Assembly: GCA_963664225.1 (NCBI GenBank)
Contig: OY760937.1
Coordinates: 4,960,001 to 5,024,000, forward strand
Direction of reading: 5' to 3'
From: Verrucomicrobiia bacterium
GTDB lineage: Bacteria > Verrucomicrobiota > Verrucomicrobiia > Limisphaerales > UBA1319
DNA length: 64,000 nucleotides
Position 1 is the stretch's first letter; each line of letters opens with the position of its first letter. The position numbers and the translations under genes were made by a program. This document shows positions 58,787 to 64,000 of this stretch, piece after piece. The notes beneath the pieces were generated by a model. The model ran no database searches. It was not told the DNA's origin and saw only the letters and a program-made list of their open reading frames with translations.

Positions 58787-59218
58787 GAAGCCATACCGGC
58801 CTGAGAGGGGAGGGTCCGCGCCACAGTGCCCCTTCGGGTCCACTACGGCATTGGCACTTCGTGCCAAAGCCTCCGTTCCCCCGAAGGGGCACTGCTCTCC
58901 TCCTGAAGGTGTGGGACAGGAGGAAGATTCCCTCCGACCGGAAACCGAAAGAAATAAGACTCAGGAAAAAGTGACAAATTTAAACCAGGACTTGACCGGT
59001 GGTTTGAGTGGTGCCGCCGCGTGGGGTTGGTTCAGGAGGAATATATCAGTTGGAAGGAAAAAAAGGCACGCCCTCATTGGGAGCTGCCACCGCGTCGGAC
59101 TTGATGGCGCACACAGCGGACGGGCGTCCTGGCTGGGTTCGTGCGGTTTTGGCTTTTGCCAGCTTCCTGAATTTTGTCGCGCATCCGGTTTATCCCGGAT
59201 GATCCGGCGGGCGGCGCT

Positions 59219-60379
59219 TCATTGATCCGACTGCGGAACCTTGCCATGGTTTGCCTCCACGGCGCGGGTCATTGTCATGCGATCCTGCACTTCCTTAATC
59301 ATGTAACCAGGCTCCATCCAGAGACCGAAATGAGCGCCGGTGGCGGCTTGTTTCACGTTTGGCTGGGCGATGTTGAAGTTCACGATGCTGTAGAAGACCA
59401 GCAAAGCGGTGAGTGCCACGAGCAATTGTGTTTTTTGTTCCAATAATATTCCGGCGGCCATGAGCGCAAACGGAAGCATTGGGAGCAAATAGGGAATCTC
59501 TGCCGGGGCGACCATGAACATGGCTTCGCAGGGCAGGATTACGCCGACGCACAAGGCGAGAATCGGGAACCAGCGGGAGCGATTATTTGCATTTCGCAGA
59601 AATCCGCAGGCATACCATGCCATCAGGAGCAGGAAAAAGATCGTTGGCAGTCCCCAAAAGTAAATATTTCGGTAACCCCATTTCACCAGTTTCAGGAAGG
59701 GGGTCCATGCCTCCGGATGGATATAGCCGGGCTTCATGAATTTGAGGGTCCAACCAGCAAGAGCGAACGAGGGGAGATAAAAGACGGTGGCGATGGCGAC
59801 TGTGATGAGTCCACATACGATGAACTTGATGCGCGTGCTTTTGTTCACGTAATAAAAATATGCGAGGACGGGAATGACCGTAAGCACGCTGGTGCATCTT
59901 GTGCCGATGGCCAAGGCAAAGAGGACCGCTGCGGTTTTGTGCATTTCCTTAAAGAGCAATGCGGTGCCCCCCAGCAAAAAGCCCAAGGCCCAGACGTAGT
60001 CCATGGTGCAGGCGGCCTGGGACCAAAAAACGGGGTGGAGGATGAGAATGGTGGCGAGCAGGCGGCGATTCTGGATTTCAAATCGATGGCAGATGTAAAT
60101 GAAACTGGCGACGCACAGCAAAGCCATGGCAAGCGTGCCCAGATTGCAGAGCAGGCTTCCCCCCAATTGGTCGAGAAGGAGGGTGACGGCCTCATAGACA
60201 ATGAAACCGGGATTTCTGGAGGGGAGGTATTGGCCGGTTTTGAGAAAGCCACGGCCCGTTTCAAGAACGAGGAAACTGTCGCTGTCGGCCCCATACCCAA
60301 GGAATATGAAAGGGATGTATAGCAAGAAAGCGACCGAACACATTATTAATATATCCGACCTCAATTGCGATTGTTTCAT
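59219..60379 (-). CDS. Polytopic membrane protein, GT-C-like glycosyltransferase candidate
   Basis: About 10 hydrophobic segments with an early acidic loop (GYGADSDS). ORF-track start is 60418. Confidence 0.65.
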   Translation of the reverse strand: MKQSQLRSDILIMCSVAFLLYIPFIFLGYGADSDSFLVLETGRGFLKTGQYLPSRNPGFIVYEAVTLLLDQLGGSLLCNLGTLAMALLCVASFIYICHRFEIQNRRLLATILILHPVFWSQAACTMDYVWALGFLLGGTALLFKEMHKTAAVLFALAIGTRCTSVLTVIPVLAYFYYVNKSTRIKFIVCGLITVAIATVFYLPSFALAGWTLKFMKPGYIHPEAWTPFLKLVKWGYRNIYFWGLPTIFFLLLMAWYACGFLRNANNRSRWFPILALCVGVILPCEAMFMVAPAEIPYLLPMLPFALMAAGILLEQKTQLLVALTALLVFYSIVNFNIAQPNVKQAATGAHFGLWMEPGYMIKEVQDRMTMTRAVEANHGKVPQSDQ

Positions 60380-60611
60380 ATTTGGGAGTCCATCCGACAA
60401 AGGCATTCCCGCGCCCATGTTGAATTAGTGGGGAAGGATTAACCGGCCGCCATGCTGGATTCAAGCAAATAGGACTTTAAAAAGCATCTGAGAATTTGAA
60501 CGAACGGTCCATGACCATTGTGGGGAAATCAGACGGCGGCAGAGTTTGAACAAAGAAACGGGCGGCTTGAGGCCGCCCGTGGTCGCGAGAGATTAATGGA
60601 AAAATTGCCGG

Positions 60612-61184
60612 TTACACGCGTTGCGCCAGCGCGGCGGAGCTTCTGGCCAGAATTTCCTTGTGGAGCGAATTGCCGTGGGAATCCATGGTCACAACGACCG
60701 GAAAGTCCTCGACAACGAGTTCCCAGATGGCTTCCGGTGAACCGAATTCCTTTTCGAAATAGACGTTGCGGACTTTCTTGATGCATTCGGCGAGCACCTG
60801 GGCGGCTCCGCCAATGGCGTGCAAATAAACACAGCCATTTTCCTTGCAGGCCGCGAGGGTGCGGTCACCCATGCCGCCCTTGCCGATGATGCCGCGCAGG
60901 CCGAAATCCTTGATGATCTGGCCCTGGTAGGGTTCTTCGCGGGCGGAAGTGGTCGGCCCGGCGGCGACGACCTTCCAATTACCATTGCCACCCAGAACGA
61001 CAGGGCCGCAATGATAAACAATGGCGTCTTGAAAAGTGACTCCGGCCGGCAATTTGCCACCGTCGTGCAAATATTTGTGCGCGGCATCGCGTCCGGTGAA
61101 GAGGGTGCCGGAAATGAGCACTTCATCGCCCACTTTGAGGGCGCGGATTTTGTCTTCGGTAAATGGAGCGGTAAGATGAATCAT
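60612..61184 (-). CDS. Class I fumarate hydratase/tartrate dehydratase, beta (C-terminal) subunit
   Basis: TGRDAAH, YHCGPV, GPTTSAR, IGKGGM, MDSHGNSLH. Confidence 0.93.
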   Translation of the reverse strand: MIHLTAPFTEDKIRALKVGDEVLISGTLFTGRDAAHKYLHDGGKLPAGVTFQDAIVYHCGPVVLGGNGNWKVVAAGPTTSAREEPYQGQIIKDFGLRGIIGKGGMGDRTLAACKENGCVYLHAIGGAAQVLAECIKKVRNVYFEKEFGSPEAIWELVVEDFPVVVTMDSHGNSLHKEILARSSAALAQRV

Positions 61185-61191
61185 AAGCCTT

Positions 61192-62070
61192 TTAGTATAA
61201 CCATGTTTGGATCTGGCTCTTGGTGTCGAGCGTGATGCCCTGGCGACGGAAGGCCCAACACATATAGCTGATGCTCACAAAATAGGAGGCGGGCACGCGG
61301 TTTATGGCGCAGATTTTCACGCCCAGGAGCGTGGTCCTGCCGCCAAATCCCATCGGGCCGATGCCCAGTTCGTTGCCGGTTTTCAGGATGTCCTGCTCCA
61401 ATTTGTCCAGGTCAGGATTGGCATTGCGATCATCGAGTTTGCGAAGCAACTGCTCCTTGGAAGAGGCAAAGCCGGTTGCCCGGTCTCCGCCGATGCAAAC
61501 GCCCAGAACACCGGGTCCGCAGCCTTTGCCTTGAGCCTGCAAGACGGCGTCCAGAATCGCTTTGCGGCATCCGTCCAGATCGCGGTTGGCCTTGAGTTTT
61601 TCAATGGGCAGGGAGTATTGCCCCCCGACGTTCTCGCAACCGCCGCCTTTGAGGACCAGACGCACCTGGACTTCCGGGGAACGATGCTGGTGAAAGTGAA
61701 ATGTGGGGGCTCCAGGACCCACGTTGGTCCCGTCGTTCTTTCCGGTGAGGGAGTCCACGGAGTTTTGCCGCAAGTAGCCGAGTTTTGTGGCTTCGCTGAC
61801 GGCTGCGCGAGCGGTTTCCTCAAAGAGGATTTGATCGTAATCCTTTGGAACATCGACAAAGAACAACACGCTGCCGGTGTCCTGGCAAATCGGTTGCGAC
61901 TTCGATTTAGCCATTTCAATGTTTTTTTGAATGATGTTTAGCGCAGAACTGGCAATGGTTCCCTTGGTTTCGTTTTCAAGGGATTGCAGCAGCACGCGCT
62001 GAACATCGTCGGGGATTTCCGCCGAAGTGCGCCGGATAAGTTCAATCAATGAGTCTTTCAGGACCGTCAT
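61192..62070 (-). CDS. Class I fumarate hydratase/tartrate dehydratase, alpha (N-terminal) subunit
   Basis: PICQDTG, LRQNSVD, KGGGCEN, GIGPMGFGG, CWAFRR. Confidence 0.93.
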   Translation of the reverse strand: MTVLKDSLIELIRRTSAEIPDDVQRVLLQSLENETKGTIASSALNIIQKNIEMAKSKSQPICQDTGSVLFFVDVPKDYDQILFEETARAAVSEATKLGYLRQNSVDSLTGKNDGTNVGPGAPTFHFHQHRSPEVQVRLVLKGGGCENVGGQYSLPIEKLKANRDLDGCRKAILDAVLQAQGKGCGPGVLGVCIGGDRATGFASSKEQLLRKLDDRNANPDLDKLEQDILKTGNELGIGPMGFGGRTTLLGVKICAINRVPASYFVSISYMCWAFRRQGITLDTKSQIQTWLY

Positions 62071-62202
62071 AAGGCGCGACAAAATAATCGCTTAACGAAC
62101 GGGTGTCAACGCTTTGAGAACAACGATTGATTGGCCCATTGCACAGGGTGAATCAGCGGGGCAGGGTTATCCCTCAGGCGGGGAAGGGGATGGGTCCGGC
62201 GC

Positions 62203-63225
62203 TCAGGCTGCGGCGCGTTTAAGGCGGTCATGGATCGCGCGCCAGGGAGGGGTTTCGGGGGGGATTTCCATGAGGATAAGACTGGCGCCCTGGGTATCGC
62301 AGCGATGCAGTTCGGAATAAAGGCACCGGGCAAAGGCGAGCGGTTCGCGCGGCATGACGCCGATCCGATGCACAGGAATGTTCGGGGGGACGGCGTTGAG
62401 CGCCAGCACATGGATATTGGAGTAAGTGGGTTTGAAACTATCGATGATTTTTTCCAATTCCGGTCCATCGTGCCATTGCGCAATGATCAGCTTTGCCTTG
62501 GGCGCGTAATGCTTCTTTAGCATGCCAGGGCTGCGGAGTTGTCCGGCGGCGGGATGGGAGTCGAGATTTAACTGGCCAATGACCGCAGCGATGGCTTCGG
62601 CATGGATCATGCCCGGACGCAACAATCGCGGCGGGGATTGGGACAGGTCCAAAACGGTGGATTCAATGCCGATCTGGCAGGGGCCGCCGTCGAGAATGAG
62701 TGGAATTTTATCACCCAGGTCCTCCCATACATGCTGGGCCGTGGTAGGGGAAATGCGGTTGGAGGTGTTGGCGCTGGGGGCGGCCAGCGGAAAATCGCAG
62801 GCTTGGATGACGGCTTGCATGACGGGGTGGCCGGGCCAGCGTATGCCGACCGTTGGACCCTGCGCGGTAACGATGTCTGGAATGATGGCTGTTTTGGGCA
62901 AAACGAGGGTTAACGGGCCGGGCCAAAACGCTTTGGCCATTTTTTCAGCCAGCGGAGGCCATGTTGCGACGCATTGGCGGGCCATTTCCAGACTGGCGAC
63001 ATGGACGATGATCGGATTGTGGGTTGGGCGTCCCTTGACTTCGAAGATATGGGCCACCGCCTGCGGATCCAAGGCGTTTGCAGCGAGGCCATAGACCGTT
63101 TCCGTGGGCAAAGCGACGACGTGGCCAGTTTTAAGCAACTGCGAAGCCCGCGCCACAGCGATCCGGAATAAATCCGGTGTTGCGGTGTGGAGCACATTCG
63201 TCATTTTTTGCGATACACTATCCAT
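62203..63225 (-). CDS. sua5: L-threonylcarbamoyladenylate synthase, Sua5 type (YrdC plus SUA5 domains)
   Basis: PTETVYGLAA, KGRP..NP, FWPGPLT, AAPSAN, GIESTV, SPGMLKKHYAP. Start 63225 or 63204. Confidence 0.94.
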   Translation of the reverse strand: MDSVSQKMTNVLHTATPDLFRIAVARASQLLKTGHVVALPTETVYGLAANALDPQAVAHIFEVKGRPTHNPIIVHVASLEMARQCVATWPPLAEKMAKAFWPGPLTLVLPKTAIIPDIVTAQGPTVGIRWPGHPVMQAVIQACDFPLAAPSANTSNRISPTTAQHVWEDLGDKIPLILDGGPCQIGIESTVLDLSQSPPRLLRPGMIHAEAIAAVIGQLNLDSHPAAGQLRSPGMLKKHYAPKAKLIIAQWHDGPELEKIIDSFKPTYSNIHVLALNAVPPNIPVHRIGVMPREPLAFARCLYSELHRCDTQGASLILMEIPPETPPWRAIHDRLKRAAA

Positions 63226-63343
63226 TCGGGCGATTCTTAGCGTTCTGATGCCATCAGTGCAAGGTTTCCACAAAGCCTGCAAAGCGTCGATTTTAGCTAA
63301 ATCAAACTTTTCAGACCGTTGGTATTGGCTTAGTAATGGTTCT

Positions 63344-64000
63344 GTGATTGGGACATTAACGCAGATCGTTTCATCCGGTCGGGAACTGAGCTTCGATCAA
63401 ATTAAGATGGCGGTCCATGATTTGATTCAGGAGGAATTGCCCGTTGAGCCCAAGGCGGATTTTTTGGCCGCATTGGCGGGCAAGGGTGAGACGATTGGGG
63501 AGATTGCCGGGTTCGCCAGGGCGATGCGAAGCATGTCCGTGGAGCCGCCGTTGGATGCGGTGACTCGCGAAGGAGACATCATGGACGTGTGCGGAACCGG
63601 CGGGGATCGGCTGAATACGTTCAATATTTCGACCATCGTGGCGTTTATTGTGGCGGCGACTGGGATTGCGGTGGCCAAGCATGGGAACCGGGCGGTGACG
63701 TCGCAATCCGGCAGCGCCGATGTGCTGGAAGCCCTGGGGATTCGGACGGAATTGAGTCCTGAGGAGGCGGCGCGCTGGATGCGCGAGCACCGGTTTGCGT
63801 TCTTTTTTGCGCCCCGGTTTCATCCCGCGTTCAAAGGTATTGCTCCGGCACGGAAACTTTGCGCCCAACGCGGTCAAAGGACGGTGTTCAACATTCTGGG
63901 GCCGCTTCTGAATCCCGCGCGACCGACATGCCAGATTGTGGGGGTTCCTTCGCCACAGTGGTGCGAGACACTGGCCCGAGTGCTGCAAGAGCTCGGATTG
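63344..64000 (+). CDS. trpD: Anthranilate phosphoribosyltransferase, 3'-truncated by the window edge (absent from the ORF track)
   Basis: GTG start; DVCGTGGD..TFNIST, VAKHGNRAVTSQSGSADVLEALG, RTVFNILGPLLNPA. Confidence 0.95.
   Translation, partial: MIGTLTQIVSSGRELSFDQIKMAVHDLIQEELPVEPKADFLAALAGKGETIGEIAGFARAMRSMSVEPPLDAVTREGDIMDVCGTGGDRLNTFNISTIVAFIVAATGIAVAKHGNRAVTSQSGSADVLEALGIRTELSPEEAARWMREHRFAFFFAPRFHPAFKGIAPARKLCAQRGQRTVFNILGPLLNPARPTCQIVGVPSPQWCETLARVLQELGL

Larger units (their letters stand above)
57506..58997 (+). mobile_element. IS3-family insertion sequence (second type)
   Basis: IRs GGTCCCGTCCTAAAATAGGTTGTCAC / GGTCAAGTCCTGGTTTAAATTTGTCAC. orfA/orfB with an A9G slippery site at 57888-57897. 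No clear target duplication. Confidence 0.88.

Noticed and set aside
63371..63988. 205-aa minus-strand ORF
   Set aside because: Shadow of trpD on the plus strand.

Overview
This is a 64-kb chromosomal window from a roughly 55-60% GC bacterium. Gene content (CotH/lamin-tail protein, FGE-domain surface proteins, Ig-repeat proteins, Tat-exported Gfo/Idh/MocA enzymes, BlaI-M56 pair) suggests Verrucomicrobiota, Pedosphaerales-like; the taxonomy is inference. In order, the window holds: a five-gene two-component cluster; two paralogous secreted proteins; an IS1634-like remnant; a tRNA(CAT); a CotH/LTD protein; galE; two FGE-sulfatase-domain paralogs; ndk-tgt; lpxB with a GnnA-like dehydrogenase; a small defence patch (RloC/AAA_13-like ATPase, type IIG R-M remnant, DUF6883/DUF4926 pair); a CHASE kinase operon; a Tat-exported sugar oxidoreductase/TIM-barrel set; three glycoside-hydrolase-like genes; a hybrid kinase; polyprenyl synthase-ECF sigma-anti-sigma; a parvulin PPIase; a 159-bp tandem repeat interrupted by an IS3; blaI-blaR1-like genes; a second IS3; a membrane protein; split class I fumarase; sua5; and the 5' part of trpD. 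The most striking item is the pair of secreted paralogs (8750-13065). Their N-terminal domain closely resembles the molluscan pheromone temptin but carries a CxxCH heme-c motif, and it sits on a stalk of 264-bp Ig-repeat units. All family calls come from motif recognition only; no searches were run.
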